From positions 139,872,001-139,936,000 of the forward strand of contig OX597814.1 in NCBI GenBank assembly GCA_951406725.2: 64,000 bases of DNA, read 5' to 3'. This document shows, in pieces, positions 63,083 to 64,000 of the stretch. Both the position numbers and the translations under genes were made by a program. Position 1 is the first letter of the stretch, and each line of letters starts with the position of its first letter. The notes below the pieces were generated by a model, which worked only from the letters and a program-made list of their open reading frames with translations, did no database searches and had not been told where the DNA came from. Origin of the DNA: Octopus vulgaris (lineage: Eukaryota).

Positions 63083-63245
63083 ATAGGCTTCTTTCAGTTT
63101 CTGTCTTCCAAATCTACTCACAAGACTTTGTTGATCCAGAACTATAGTAGAAGACACTTTCACACAATGGGATTGATCCCAAAATCACAAGGCTGAGAAT
63201 TGAACTTTCAAACTTCTTAATCACAGAGCCATAATACTTGCATCT
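63083..63245 (-). mobile_element. SINE family A head (diverged)
   Basis: GGCTTCTTTCAGTTTCTGTC...CTATAGTAGAAGACACTT. Confidence 0.7.
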
Positions 63246-64000
63246 CTACTAATAACTAAAATCAGTAACTTATGTAAAAATTTAGATATAAACACACGAC
63301 TAGCTATAAACCAGTCATAACATTTTTTGTCATGTCACTATTATTGTGTAATGTTCTATTTAACCAACAGTTTTAGTGAACAGTTATGTTTTGTTATAAA
63401 ATATTCAATGGTATTAACAAACTAGTTATTTATTCATTAATCAAAAGTATTATAGTTATTTATCATTGAATCCTGATGGCAAAAGCATCTGCATTTGCCA
63501 AAAGTATTCAATTTACCAAACAGACACTGTATAGTTCAAGAAGGTAAAGTTTTCTTATTAATACCTATACACAAGATAGTGTTTAGTTCATGATTGCTTG
63601 TTCTTTTATATTGTGCTAACTGGGTTGTAATTTTATATCCATTCAAATATTTTCCAATAAGATATTATAGGCCTATTGATTCTGCACTTAATATATATTT
63701 TCTGACTGTGAATATTCTATGGTTACTTTGGCCACATGTCAATTTCACCATTAGTTTAAGTGTGGAACCTTCTGGATACTAGAACTCTTTTAATTTGAGA
63801 TAATGGCAAAAATGTAGCGATCTTTTGAAATCTCACATTTCAAATAAATAAAATAAAAATAAAACTTTGAAATTCAGCAAGGAAGAAATTTATCATCTAT
63901 TTGTATTTTATCATAATAGTGCATTAAATTAAAACAAATATTATATAACAAATTTGTTGCTTGATCTGTCTGATTTACAATAAAAAAAAGTTCCAAATGG

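Noticed and set aside
63465-63512. Nested hairpin ATTGAAT-CCTGAT-GGCAAA...TTTGCC-AAAAGT-ATTCAAT
   Set aside because: Resembles a collapsed hammerhead, but both core boxes are broken and stem III is missing.

Overview
AT-rich, repeat-dense eukaryotic (animal) DNA with no intact protein-coding gene that I can support; it reads as an intron or intergenic region. The SINE families look like those of Octopus/coleoid cephalopods (inference from sequence recognition, not a database hit). Contents: four SINE-like families; a full-length but dead mariner and an internally deleted mariner; Helitron, Helentron-type, hAT, Tigger and TTAA MITEs; eroded LINE fragments (Penelope GIY-YIG, RTE, CR1/Jockey-group, R4/Dong); and long microsatellites, which produce most of the ORF track. 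The main signal the ORFs do not explain is RNA structure. There are about ten sequence-divergent minimal type I hammerhead-ribozyme motifs: two with intact catalytic cores (1061-1105, 23356-23424) and two with single core substitutions (41700-41747, 57447-57491). Several sit in the loops of long inverted repeats or beside Penelope-like remnants. Also seen: a SINE family that inserts repeatedly at GGTA, a 141-nt near-perfect hairpin, and local patchwork or inverted duplications. Repeat boundaries are approximate unless TIRs or TSDs are quoted.
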